A stretch of DNA of 64,000 nt from an uncultured Acidobacteriota bacterium (lineage in GTDB: Bacteria > Acidobacteriota > Thermoanaerobaculia > UBA5066 > Gp7-AA6): NCBI GenBank assembly GCA_963804915.1, contig CAWDSI010000034.1, positions 14,675 through 78,674 on the forward strand, read 5' to 3'. Shown here in pieces: positions 41,376 to 54,471 of the stretch. The notes under the pieces are model-generated. The model had not been told where the DNA came from, did not search any database, and saw only the letters and a program-made list of their open reading frames with translations. How positions within the stretch are numbered: position 1 is the stretch's first letter; each line of letters opens with the position of its first letter. The position numbers were made by a program, and so were the translations under genes.

Positions 41376-44046
41376 ATGACGCTGCGCGGAACCAAGCTCG
41401 GTCCGTACGAGATCCTCGCGCCGATCGGCGCGGGAGGGATGGGAGAGGTCTACAAAGCGAAGGACACGCGGCTGGAACGGACAGTCGCGGTGAAAGTCCT
41501 GCCGCAGCATCTGTCCTCTTCCCCGGACGTGCGCCAGCGTTTCGAGCGCGAGGCGAAGACGATCTCGCAGCTCTCGCATCCTCACATCTGCGCGCTCTAC
41601 GACGTCGGGCACGAGGGAGACGTCGAGTACCTCGTCATGGAGCTCCTCGAGGGCGAGACGCTCTCCGATCGGCTCGCGAAGGGAGCGCTGCCGCTCGAGC
41701 AGACGCTCCGGTTCGGGCAGGAGATCGCCGACGCGCTCGAGAAGGCGCACCGGCAGGGGATCGTGCACCGGGATCTGAAGCCCGGCAACGTGATGCTGAC
41801 GAAGTCCGGCGTGAAGCTTCTGGATTTCGGCCTGGCGAAGGAGATCGGCGCGGCGAACCCGACCTCCGGCGCGACGTCCCTGCCGACCGAGCTCGGCACG
41901 GCGCAGAACCTGACGCGAGAAGGGCACGATCCTCGGAACGTTCCAGTACATGTCGCCCGAGCAGCTCGAGGGCAGGGAGGCCGACGGGCGGTCGGACATC
42001 TTCGCCTTCGGCGCCGTGCTCTACGAGATGGCGACGGGCAGGAAGGCGTTCTCGGGTCAGAGCCAGGCCTCGCTCATCTCGGCGATTCTCCGCGACGACC
42101 CGCAGCCGATCTCGCAGATTCAGCCGACCTCGCCGCAAGCGCTCGATCGCGTCGTCCGGACCTGCCTCGCCAAGGATCCCGAGGATCGTTGGCAATCGGC
42201 CGGCGATCTGAAGCGCGAGCTGCGTTGGATCGGCGAAGGATCGCAGAGCGGGGCGGCGATTCCGGCCGCGGCCGTTCCCGCTCCGCGCCGGCGCGGGAGC
42301 GGCCTCGCCTGGGCCGTCGCGGCGGCGGCTCTCGTGGCGGCGATCCTCCTCGCGTTGACCCTCGCGCGCGCGCGCTCCGTCCGACCACCAGCCGTGCACG
42401 CGTTTCTCGACCCGCCTCCGAAAGCCGCGTTCCAGCTCACCGGCGACGAAGGCTCGCCGCCCGCGGTTTCGCCGGACGGATCGAGCGTCGTGTACGGCGC
42501 CGGCGGACGGCTCTGGATCCAGTCGCTGCGCGCGGCGGAGGTCAAGCCGCTCTCGTCGGGAGGAAGCCGGACGGTGGCCCTTCTGGTCCCCCGACAGCCG
42601 GCGCATCGGCTTCTTCTCGGGCGGCAAGCTCAAGGTCGTCGACGCCGCGGGCGGGCCGGTCCAGGCGGTCGCCGATGCTCCCACGCCGCGCGGCGCCTCC
42701 TGGGGGCCCGACGGAACGATCGTGTTCACGCCGGACTTTCGCGGCGGGTTGATGCGCGTTTCGGCCTCCGGCGGCGTGGTCTCGCCGCTGACGACGGTCG
42801 ACATGGCGCGGCACACGACGCACCGCTGGCCGTCCTTCCTGCCCGACGGCAAGAACGTCATCTTTCTGGCGGCCAATCACGGCCGGCCGCGATCGGACGA
42901 GTCCGGTATCTACGTCGTTCCGTTGTCCGGCGGAACACCCAAGCGCCTCCTGACGTCTTACGGCAGTGCGCAGGCCGTGAACGGATGGCTCCTGACTGTG
43001 CGGGAGTCGAGCCTCATGGCCGCGCCGTTCGACGCCGCGCGTCTGGCGGTGACGGGCCCTCCCGTGCAGGCCGCGCCGGAGGTGCAGTTCGACACGGGAA
43101 CCTGGCGCGGCGTCTTCTCCGCGTCGCCCGGGATCCTGGTCTACCAGTATTCGCGAGACGGCGGCGGGGGACAGCTCGGGTGGCACGACGCCCAGGGCCG
43201 GCGCATCGCATCCATCGGCGAGAGAAGCCAGGGCTACGCGCTGCGACTCTCGCCCGACGGAAAAAGGGCTTCGGTGATCGAGGGCGATCCGAACAACGAC
43301 ATCTGGATCTACGAGCTCGAGCGGGGCGTGCGCACCCGGCTGACGAGCGATGCGCAGGTGCTCACGTCCCCGGTTTGGTCTCCGGACGGAACCGAGATCA
43401 TCTTCGTCTCCGCCCAGGCCCCGAGCGGCGGCGACTATCTCCTTCAACGAATTCCGAGCGACGGCTCGGGGGTGGCGCGCACCGTCGCCAAGTCCCCCGA
43501 ACGGATCGAGCCGACCGACTGGTCGCGCGACGGCAAGTACGTCCTGGTCGACCGCGGGCCCATCGGTGCGACGGACATCTGGGTCTATCCCATGGCGAAG
43601 CCCGACGAGCCCTTCCGATTGCTGAAGGCGAGCAAGGCGCTGGACACCTACGGTCAGTTCTCGCCGGACGGCCGTTGGGTCGCGTACGTCTCCCTCGACA
43701 CGGGACGGTTCGAGATCAACGTGACGGCATTCCCCGGCGGCGGCCCGCGCGTTCAGGTCTCCCCGCGCGGCGGCACGCAGGTGCGCTGGGGCCCCGACGG
43801 CAAGACGCTCTACTACGTGTCCACCGAAGATGCGTCCCTCGTCGCGGCCTCGGTGGACGGTTCGGGGGCCCAGTTCCAGGTCAAGGGCGTGACGACTCTG
43901 TTCCCGTGAACGTCTTCCAGGGGCCGCGCGTGACGGGCAGTTTCGACGTCTCCGCCGACGGGCGTTTCCTGATCATCAGCGCGGGCGACGTCTCGGGATC
44001 CCGGGTCGCCGTCGTCTCGAACTGGACCTCCGAGTTGCCGCACTGA
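41376..44046 (+). CDS. K5: Ser/Thr kinase - TM - TolB/PD40 beta-propeller; frameshifts near 41920, 42570 and 43900
   Basis: [28 protein letters not shown]; SPDG repeats; ends VVSNWTSELPH. Confidence 0.9.
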
Positions 44047-44121
44047 TCCCCGCCCGGGGGCCCAAGAAGTTCCTCGCGATCCGCCACGCTCTGCGTCAGA
44101 ATCCCCAACCTAGGAGCCTGA

Positions 44122-46782
44122 ATGACAATTGAAGCGGGGGCCCGCCTCGGGCCTTACGAGATCCTCGCGCCCATCGGGGCGGGAGGAATGGGTGAGGTCT
44201 ATCGCGCGAAGGACACCCGCCTTGGGCGCGAGGTCGCGGTGAAGGTGCTGTCCTCGCATCTTTCGACGAGCGAGGAAATCCGCCAGCGCTTCGAGCGCGA
44301 GGCGAAGACGATTTCGCAGTTCTCGCACCCGCACATCTGCGCGCTCTACGACGTCGGACGGGAGGGCGACACCGACTTCCTCGTGATGGAGCTGCTCGAG
44401 GGCGAGAGCCTCGCGGACCGGCTCGGCAAGGGACCACTCCCGACCGAGCAGCTTCTGCGTTACGGGATCCAGATCGCCGACGCGCTCGACAAGGCCCACC
44501 GGCAGGGGATCGTCCACCGCGACCTGAAGCCCGGCAACGTGATGATCACGAAGACGGGCGTGAAGCTGCTCGACTTCGGACTGGCGAAGCCTCTGATCTC
44601 CGCCGGAGCGCGGCCTGCCTCCGGCGCCTCGGTCCTCGCCGACGGAAGCGCAGGTCAGCGCGCCTCTCACCGAGCGCGGGACGGTCCTCGGGACCTTCCA
44701 GTACATGGCGCCCGAGCAGCTCGAAGGCGGCGAGGCGGACGGGCGCTCCGACATCTTCGCGTTCGGCGCCGTGCTGTACGAAATGGCGACGGGCAAGAAA
44801 GCATTCACGGGCAAGAGCCAGGCCTCTCTGATCGGTTCGATCCTGCGCGACGACCCGCCCTCGATTTCCGAAACGGCGCCGATGATCCCGCCGGCTTTGA
44901 ACCGCGTCGTCAAGACCTGCCTGGCCAAGGATCCCGAGGACCGCTTCCAGACGGCGCACGACGCCAAGCTCCAGCTCGAGTGGATCGACGAGGGCGGCTC
45001 GCAGGCGGGCCTGCCGGCTCCCGTCGTCGCGCGGCGCAAGAACCGCGAGAAGCTCGCGTGGGCCGTGTCTGCGATCGCGATCGCCGCGGCGGGCCTCGCG
45101 TCCTACGGATATCTGCGCCGCGCTCCGAAGCCGCCGCGGACCGTCCGGTTCGAAGTCGCCATCCCTCCAAACGTCATCGCGATCGACACGCCCCGAATCT
45201 CCCCGGACGGCCGGATCCTGGCCTTCAACGCCACCGACTCGGGGGGGCTGACGCGGATCTGGATCCGTCCGCTGAACGCGCTCGCGGCCCAGCCGCTCCC
45301 GGGGACGGAGGGAACCACGCGCCCCTTCTGGTCGCCCGACAGCCGCTTCATCGGTTTCGTCGCAGGGCGGGAAGCTCATGAAGATCGACGTTTCGGGAGG
45401 TCCGCCGACGAAGATCTGCGACGCGCCGACCGGTTCCGACGGCACATGGAGCCCGGAGGGCGTCATCCTCTTCGACGGGACCGGCAACGATCCGATTCAG
45501 CGCGTCTCGGCCGCCGGCGGCACGCCCACCGTCGCCGTCAAGGCCGACAGCCTCGCGAAAAGAGACCCAGATCGGCTGGCCCGAGTTTCTTCCTGACGGC
45601 CGCCACTTCATGTACATGTCGATCAACCAGAAGGTGGATGACAGCGCTTATCGGATCGGCTCGCTCGACTCCTCGGACACGAAGTCGTTCGCGCCCGCGC
45701 AGACGATGCTGACCTACGCTCCGCCGGGCTATCTGCTCTTCGTACGGGACCGGACGCTGGTGGCCCAGCCTTTCGACGCGAAGGCGATGAAGACGACCGG
45801 CGAGCCCGTCCCTCTCGCCGAGCAGATCGGAACCGACGCGGTCGGGCTCGCTCGTTTCTCCGTCTCGCGCGACGGCGTTCTCGCGTACCGCACCGGCGAG
45901 TCGGGGAACCGTCTCGTCTGGGTCGACCGGTCCGGAAAGGAGCTCGACACGCTCGGTGACCCGGGCGAGTACGGCGAGCCCGACCTCTCGCCCTCGGGCG
46001 ACCGGCTCGCATTCGACCTTGTCGACCTCCGCTCGAACAAGTCCGACATATGGATTCGCGACCTCGCGCGCGGCGTGAACTCGCGTTTCACGTTCGCCCC
46101 CGGCAACGCCTTCGCGCCCCTCTGGTCACGCGGAGGCGAGACCATCGTCTTCACGTCGGATCGCGAGGGAGCGCCCGGTCTCTACGAGAAGGCCGCGAGC
46201 GGCCAGGGTGAAGAAAAGCTGCTCCTCAAGGAGGAGGCGCTGGTCATTCCCATCAGCTTCTCCCCCGACGGACGCTTCCTCGCCTACCAGATGCGCAACC
46301 CGAAGACCAGCTGGGACATCATGATCCTGCCCATGACCGGCGAGCGAAAGCCCGTTGCCTTCGCCGCGGCATCGTTCAATGAGAATCAGGGGAAGTTCTC
46401 CCCGGACGGGCGCTTCCTCGCCTACATTTCGAACGAGTCGGGCCGCAACGAGATTTATGTGCAGAGCTATCCCGGCCCAGGCGGAAAGTGGCAGATCTCG
46501 AACGCGGGCGGCACAGACCCCCACTGGCGCGCCGACGGCAAGGAGCTCTACTACCGGAGCCCCGACCAGAAGCTGATGTCGGTCGAAATCCGGGGAGACG
46601 CCTCGGTCGAGGCCGGCATCCCGCAGCCGCTGTTCCTCGGGCGCGTCCACATTGGCACCGCCCGCAACAAGCTCGTGCCGGCGAAGGACGGCCAGCGCTT
46701 CCTCTTCGTCGCGCCGCTCGGCCGCGACGCCATGACGCCCACGACCGTCGTCCTGAACTGGTTCGCGGGACTGGGCAAGTGA
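44122..46782 (+). CDS. K6: Ser/Thr kinase - TM - TolB/PD40 beta-propeller; frameshifts near 44650, 45365 and 45560
   Basis: [17 protein letters not shown]; ends PTTVVLNWFAGLGK. Confidence 0.9.
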
Positions 46783-46816
46783 ACCGTCAGTGGAAAGGAA
46801 CTCGATGAGTCTCGAA
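46702..46816 (+). repeat. Direct repeat A: K6 3' end, spacer and K7 start (partner at 49378-49491)
   Basis: About 115 bp, differing from the partner by about 7 substitutions and 1 indel; includes the AAAGGAA RBS. Confidence 0.85.
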
Positions 46817-49458
46817 CCCGGAACGAGGCTCGGTCCCTACGAGATCTCGGCGCCGATCGGGGCCGGGGGCATGGGCGAGGTCTACCGCGCGAGGGACACG
46901 CGCCTGGGGCGCGACGTTGCCGTGAAGGTCCTGCCGGCGCACATGTCCTCTTCGCCGGAGCTGCGCCAGAGGCTCGAGCGCGAGGCGAAGACGATCTCGC
47001 AGCTCTCGCATCCGCACATCTGCATGCTCCACGACGTCGGTCACCAGAACGGGACCGACTACCTGGTCATGGAGTTTCTGGAGGGCGAGACGCTCGCGGA
47101 TCGGCTGGCGAAGGGGGCGTTGCCCGTCGAGCAGGCGCTTCGGATCGGGACCGAGATCGCCGGAGCGCTGGACGCGGCGCATCGGAGCGGGATCGTGCAT
47201 CGGGACCTGAAGCCCGGCAACATCATGCTGACGAAGACGGGCGTGAAGCTCCTCGACTTCGGCCTGGCGAAGCTCGCGGCGCCGACGACGCCCGTGTCGC
47301 AGGCGACGAGCCTGCCGACCGCTCTGCAGGAGAGCCAGCCGCTCACGAGCCGGGGGACGATCCTCGGGACGTTCCAGTACATGTCGCCCGAGCAGCTCGA
47401 GGGAAAAGACGCCGACGCGCGCAGCGACATCTTCGCCTTCGGCTGCGTCCTCTACGAGATGCTGACGGGCCGGAAAGCGTTCACGGGAAAGAGCCAGGCC
47501 TCGCTGATCGGCTCGATCATGAATACCGAGCCCCCGCCCATCTCAACGATTCAGCCGATGACGCCTCCGGCGCTGGACCGCGTCGTCAAGGGATGTCTCG
47601 CGAAGGAGCCCGAGCATCGCTGGAGCACCGCGCACGACGTGATGCTCCAGCTCCAGTGGGTCGCGGAGGGAGGGTCGGCCGCGGGGCTTCCGGCGCCCGT
47701 CGCCGCACGACGCAGGAGCCGCGAAAAGCTGGCCTGGGGCGTCGCCGCCGCGCTTCTGCTCGCCGTCGCGGCGCTCGCCTACGGTTTCATTCGCCGGGCG
47801 CCGAAGCCACTGCGCGTCGTTCGATTCGAGGTCGCCAATCCGCCGGCCATCACCACGATCGACGCTCCGAAAATCTCCCCGGACGGAAAGACGCTCGCCT
47901 TCAATGCGACGGATTCGGGAGGCAAGACTCAGATCTGGCTCCGGCCGCTCAACGCGCTCACGGCGCAGCCCCTGCCCGGAACCGAGGGAACGCGCCGCCC
48001 CTTCTGGTCTCCCGACAGTCGCTATCTGGCGTTCATCGCGGACGGCAAGCTCAAGAAAATCGACGTCACCGGAGGTCCACCCACCAAGATCTGCGACGCG
48101 CCGACCGGAGTCGACGGGAGCTGGAGTCCCGAAGGCGTCATCCTCTTCGACGGCACGGGCACGGATCCGATCTACCGGGTCCCGGCCGCGGGCGGAACGC
48201 CGGTCGTCGCCGTGAAGGCCGATCCGGAGCACAAGGAGATCCAGGTCGGATGGCCCGAGTTTCTCCCCGACGGCCGCCAGTACATTTACATGGTCATCAA
48301 TCAGAAGGCCGAGCTGAACTCGTACCGCATCGGCTCGCTCGATTCGAAAGAGACGAAGCCGTTCGCGCCCGCGCAGATCATGCTGGTCTACGCCCCCCAG
48401 GGCTACCTCCTGTTCTTGAAGGACCGGACGCTCATGGCGCAGCCGTTCGACGCGAAGGCGATCAAGACGACGGGAGAATCCGGTTCCCATCGCGGAGCAG
48501 ATCGGCACCGACGCGGTCGGGCTGGCGCGCTTCTCGGTCTCGCGCGACGGCGTGCTCGCATACCGGACGGGAGAATCGGGTAACCGCATGCTCTGGATGG
48601 ATCGGTCGGGGAAAGAGCTCGACACCCTCGGCGACCCGGCGGAGTACGAGGATCCGGATTTTTCCCCGGCGGGCGACCTGCTCGCGTTCGACCTCACCGA
48701 CACGCGTTCCGGCAAGTCGGACATCTGGATCCGCGATCTTTCGCGAGGCGTCAACTCGCGATTCACCTTCGGCCCGGACAATTCTTTCGCTCCCGTATGG
48801 TCGCGGCGCGGCGACGCGATCGTCTACGCCTCGGATCGGGACGGGGCGTTCGCCATCTACCAGAAAGCGACGAGCGGGAACGGGGAGGAGAAGCTTCTGG
48901 TCAAGTCGGACGCGCTCCTCGTTCCCATGAGCTTTTCTCCCGACGGCCGTTTCCTCGCGTATCAACGCCAGGACCGCAAGACGAACTGGGATGTCCTGCT
49001 CCTTCCTCTGACCGGCGAGGAGAAGCCGGTCACGTTCCGCGCCACTCGCTTCCGCGACGTCCAACCGAGGTTCTCACCCGACGGCCGCTTCATCGCGTAT
49101 GCCGTCAAATGAGTCGGGCCGCAACGAGGTCTACGTGCAGAGCTATCCCGGGCCCGGACGGACGTGGCAGATCTCGACGTCCGGTGGAACCGACCCGCAA
49201 TGGCGCCGGGACGGAAAGGAGCTCTACTACCGCGGCCTCGACCAGAAACTCATGGCCGTCGACATCCGGGGCGGCGACGCGCTCGAGCCGGGCCTCCCGC
49301 AGGCGCTGTTCCAGGCTCGAGTCTCGATCGGTCTGCGGAGCACGAAATACCTTCCGGACCAGACAGGGCAGAAGTTTCTCTTCGTCGCGCCGCTCGGCCG
49401 CGATGCCATGACGCCCACGACCGTCGTCCTGAACTGGTTTGCGGGACTGGGAAAGTAA
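46805..49458 (+). CDS. K7: Ser/Thr kinase - TM - TolB/PD40 beta-propeller; frameshifts near 48480 and 49100
   Basis: ATG 46805 after AAAGGAA; [19 protein letters not shown]; ends PTTVVLNWFAGLGK. Confidence 0.92.
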
Positions 49459-49491
49459 ACCGTCGTTGAAAGGAACTCAATGAGTCTCGAA
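49378..49491 (+). repeat. Direct repeat B: K7 3' end, spacer and K8 start
   Basis: Partner of 46702-46816. Confidence 0.85.
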
Positions 49492-52132
49492 GCCGGAACG
49501 AAGCTCGGTCCCTATGAGATCTCGGCGCCTGTCGGCGCCGGAGGGATGGGAGAGGTTTACCGGGCGAAGGACACGCGGCTGGGCCGCGACGTCGCCGTCA
49601 AGGTGCTGCCCGCGCACCTGTCGGCGAGCGCGGAGCTGCGGCAGCGGCTCGAGCGCGAGGCGAAGACGATTTCGTCGCTCTCGCATCCGCACATCTGCAT
49701 GCTCCACGACGTCGGCCACCAGAACGGGACCGACTACCTCGTCATGGAGTTCCTGGAGGGCGAGACGCTGGCGGATCGGCTGGCCAAGGGCGCGCTGCCG
49801 ATGGAGCAGGCGCTGAAGATCGGCATCGAGACCGCGGGCGCTCTCGACGCCGCGCACAAGAGCGGCATCGTCCACCGCGACCTGAAGCCCGGCAACATCA
49901 TGCTGACGAAGTCGGGCGTGAAGCTGCTCGACTTCGGCCTGGCGAAGCTCGCGACTCCGGACAAGCAGCGCCGTCTCGCAGGCGACGAGCATGCCGACGG
50001 CGCTGCAGCAGAGCCAGCCGCTGACGTCCCGCGGAACGATCCTCGGGACCTTCCAGTACATGGCGCCCGAGCAGCTCGAGGGCGGCGAGGCCGACGCGCG
50101 CAGCGACATCTTCGCGTTCGGCTGCGTCCTCTACGAGATGCTGACGGGCCAGAAGGCGTTCACCGGCAAGAGCCAGGCGAGCCTGATCTCCTCGATCATG
50201 GGCTCGGACCCGCCGCCGATCTCCTCGATCCAGCCGATGATCCCGGCCTCTCTCGATCGGATCGTCAAGGGATGCATCGCGAAGGAGCCCGAACAGCGCT
50301 GGTCGACCGCGCACGACGTGATGCTGCAATTGCAGTGGATCGCGGAGGGCGGCTCGATGGCGGGAGTGCCGGCGCCGGTCGTCGCGCGGCGGAAGAACCG
50401 CGAGAAGCTGTCATGGGCGGTCGCGGCGGCCGCGCTTCTCGCGGCGGCCGTCTTTGCGTGGGGCTTCGTAGGCCGGGCGCCGGTGCCGCCGCCGCTCGTC
50501 CGCTTCGAGATCCCCGTGCCCTCGGACGTCACGTCGATCGACGTACCGCGCATCTCGCCCAACGGGAAGATCCTCGCGTTCGACGCGACCGATGTGACCG
50601 GGAAGAACCGGATCTGGATCCGCCCTCTGAACGCGCTCGTCGCTCAGCCGCTGGCCGGCACCGAGGGAGGGGCCCGTCCCTTCTGGTCGCCAGACAGCAA
50701 GTACGTCGGCTTCGTCGCCGACGGCATCATGAAGAAGGTCGACGTGACGGGCGGTCCCCCGACCAAGATCTGCGACGCACCCGGTGCGTCCGACGGAAGC
50801 TGGAGCCCCGAAGGCGTCATCCTCTTCGACGGCACCGGCACCGATCCGATCTATCGGGTCCCGGCCAGCGGAGGTGCGCGCACGCCGTGGGTCGAGCTCG
50901 ATGCCGCCCGCAAGGAAACGTCGGTCGGATGGCCGGAGTTTCTTCCCGACGGCAAACACTTTCTCTTCATGGCCAGCGGCGAGAAGTCGGAGGAAACGGC
51001 CTACTGGGTCGGCACGATCGACTCGAAGGAGCGCCGCAAACTCGCGCCCGCCCAGACGCTCGTCACCTACGCGCCGGGGTACCTGCTTTTCGTCCGCGAC
51101 CGCACGCTCGTCGCCCAGCCGTTCGATGCGAAGGCACTGAAGACGCTGGGCGAGCCGACGCCGCTGGCCGAGCAGATCGGCACCGACGCCGCCGGCCTGG
51201 CGCGATTCTCGGTGTCCCGGAACGGCGTGCTGGCGTATCGCACGGGCGAGACGGGCGGGCGGCTGCTGTGGCGCGACCGCTCGGGGAAGGAACTGGAATC
51301 CCTCGGGGGATCCGCCTCCTATGGCAACCCCGTGCTCTCGCCCTCCGGCGATCGGATCGCCTTCGGCATCGTCGATGCCCGAAGCGCCAAGACGGACATC
51401 TGGGTGCGCGACGTCGCCCGAGGGGTCAATTCACGGTTGAGTCTCGGGGCCGGAAACAACTTCCGGCCGGTCTGGTCGGCCGACGGCGAGAAGATCTTCT
51501 TCACGACCGACCGTGAAGGCACCCTCGACCTGTGGGAGAAGGCAACGCGAGGCCAGGGCGTCGAGAAGGTCCTGTTCAAGAACGAGGAGATCAAGTACGC
51601 GGCGAGCGTCAGCCCCGACGGCCGCTATCTCGCATACGCCGCGCAGAACCCGAAAACAGGGTGGGACCTCTGGGTGCTGCCGACCTTTGGCGACCGCAAG
51701 CCGATCCCGGTCGCCGTTTCGACGTTTCAGGAGAACACCCCGATGTTCTCTCCGGACGGGAAGTTGATCGCGTTCGTGTCGGAAGAGTCCGGCCGCCCCG
51801 AGATCTACGTCCAGACCTTTCCGGACGGAACCGGCAAATGGCAGGTCTCCAACGGCGGCGGCATCGATCCCAGCTGGCGGCGCGACGGTAAGGAGCTGTA
51901 CTACCGCGCCCCGGACCAGAAGCTCATGGCGGTCGATATTCGGACCGTGGGCGACTTCCAGGCCGGCATTCCGCAGCCGCTCTTTTCGGTCGCCGTCCGG
52001 ACGGGCAACGCCCGAAACAAATACATGCCGTCGGCCGACGGCCAGCGGTTCCTCTTCGACGCGCCTCTCGGCCGCGAGGCCTTGAGCCCGACGACGATGG
52101 TGCTCAACTGGACCTCCAGCCTCGGGAAGTAG
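49480..52132 (+). CDS. K8: Ser/Thr kinase - TM - TolB/PD40 beta-propeller; frameshift near 49965
   Basis: ORFs 49480..51516 (kinase N-part) and 49991..52132; ends MVLNWTSSLGK. Confidence 0.92.
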
Positions 52133-52137
52133 GCCCG

Positions 52138-54464
52138 TTGACCGCAACCGCGGAGCGCCGCTGGGGACTCGCGGCCGTGACAGCGGTGCTCGGATGCTTC
52201 GCCCTGCTGGCCGTGCGATCGTCCGCGGCTCCCGAACCGCGTGTGGGCTCGCTCCTGCTCGTCGCGGCCGCCCTGGAGTTGTTCCACGGCTTCCGGCGCT
52301 CGAGCGAGGCGGGCCAGCGCGAGGCCTGGACGGGCGGCCTGATCACGCTCCTGATGGGACTCCTGCTTCTGAATGCTCCGGACCTGGCGTCCGGGGCGCT
52401 GGTCGTCTTCTTCGGCGGCGGGTTCGCGCTCGACGGAATCCGGCACGCGAAACACGCGCTCGGCGCGCGAAAGGCTGGTCGCCCGTTCACCGCGCATGCG
52501 TGGGCGGCCGTCGGCAACTTCGCTCTCGCGGCGCTGCTCGCGGTGCTCGGCGGATGGGCGCCGGACTGGATGGTTCCGATCGCTGGCGCGCTCCGCATCT
52601 TCGGGACGGCCTGGGGCATCGCGATGGCTCCGGTCTTCGATGCGGCCGACGCAGGAGACACGGTGGTTCGCGACCTCGGCCTCGAAGATCGGCCCGAAAT
52701 CGCGGCGCTCGCGGAGCGGCTCGAGGACGAGGAGGCCCACCGCGCGCCGATCGACCGGCACTGGATCTTCGTGCTGATCCTCACGCTCTTCGCGATCCAC
52801 CTCGGGCGAATGGGATTCGACCGCACGGCCCTCGGCATCCTGGCGCCGGGTGTCGCCGTGCTCGGCGATCTGTTCGTCGGGCTCGTCGTGGGATTCCTCA
52901 TCGTGCTGCCGGGGCGCCTGGCCTTGCTTCGGCTGACCGGCCCGCTCGCTCGGCGCGCCGCGGACTGGCGCGCGGCGGCGAAGCCCTCCTGGCGGTCGCG
53001 TCTGGTGGATCGCTGGCTGACCCGTCGGCTTCGCGCCAACATTCGCATGCGCGACGCGCGCTACTCTTTTGCCGCCGCCGCCTCGCGCAGTCTGCGGGTC
53101 GGCCTGCCGGTGGCGGCGGTCTTCGCGGCCACGATCCCGGTCTGGGGCATGAGCTGGTATTTCGACACGGAGAACTGGGCGTCCGGCGTCTGGGACTCCT
53201 GGGCCGAGGAGCGTACCGATGTGTGGCGCGCGGCGATGACCTCCGCGACGGCCGAAGGCGAGCGCGCCGCGGGGCGGCCGGCGGACTTCGCCGTGGCGCC
53301 GGCCGGGACCGGGAAAGACTTCGCGTTCGTGGTCGTCGGCGACACCGGAGAGGGCGACGCGTCGCAGCATGTGCTCCGCCGCTCGCTGCTCCGCGCCACC
53401 GCGCAGCCCGAAGTGAAGTTCCTCATCGTCTCTTCCGACGTCGTCTATCCCTCGGGCGAGATGAAGGACTACGAGCGCAAGTTCTGGCTGCCCTTCATGG
53501 GAGTCGAGAAGCCGGTCTACGCGATTCCGGGCAACCACGACTGGTACGACGCGCTCGACGGCTTTGCCGTGACCTTCTTCACGCCCGAGGCCGCGCGGCG
53601 AGCGCTCCGGGCACGCGCCGAAGTCCGACCACCACCTGACGACGACCACCGACGCCGAGGCGGACGCGCTCGTCGCCGAGGCAGCGCGGCTGCGTGCGGC
53701 GTACGGCGTTCCGACCGGACTTCAGCAGGCGCCCTATTTCCAGATCCAGACTCCGGACTTCGCCCTGATCGCCGTCGACACCGGCATTCGCCGCGCGGTC
53801 GATGCGGCGCAGCTCGCCTGGCTGCAAATCGGCGCTCGACGCCTCGCGCGGCAAGTTCACGATGGCGCTTCTCGGTCATCCTTTCTACGCCGTCGGCGCG
53901 TACCAGGGCGCCAACAGGGAGGAATTCGACGCGCTGCACCGCCTGCTGCGTGAGCACGGGGTGCCTCTGGTCATGGCGGGCGACACGCACGATCTCGAGT
54001 ACTACCGGGAGCCGGGCGCTTCAGGTCGCGCGACCATGCACCACGTGGTGAACGGCGGAGGCGGCGCCTATCTGAGCCTGGGCACCGCCCTCGCGAAGCC
54101 TGAAAGCATGCCCACGCGGGAGTGGGCGTTCTATCCCTCGACCGCGCCCATCGTCGAAAAGGTCGTGACCAACAATCCGTCGTGGAAGCGCCCGGTCTGG
54201 TTGTGGGCCAGCCGCCTCGGCGGATGGCCGTGGTCGTCCGAGTGGCTCTCGGCCGCGTTCGACTACAACGTCGCACCCTTCTTCCAGAGCTTCGTCGAGG
54301 TCCGTGTCGAGCCCTCGGCCGGCCGCGTTCGGCTCCTGCCGTGGGGCGTTCACGGTCGCCTGCGCTGGTCCGACCTTCAGACCTCCGACGGGTTGCGTCC
54401 CGAGGGGGTCGCGCCGGACGCGCCGGTCGAGTGGACCCTGCCGCTCGGAGCGCCGGCGCGCTGA
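52138..54464 (+). CDS. Multi-TM membrane protein with a C-terminal calcineurin-like metallophosphoesterase domain; frameshifts near 53630 and 53830
   Basis: About 350 aa of hydrophobic helices, then [25 protein letters not shown] and AGDTH motifs. Confidence 0.78.
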
Positions 54465-54471
54465 GGCCTCG

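Noticed and set aside
46702-49491. Near-identical kinase 3' ends as a DGR template/variable repeat pair
   Set aside because: No reverse transcriptase is in the window. Mismatches are synonymous and not adenine-specific, and both copies are coding.
2820-54464. Programmed frameshifting or genome-wide pseudogenisation
   Set aside because: Breaks occur at unrelated positions in unrelated genes with no shared slippery site, and the flanking frames remain well conserved.
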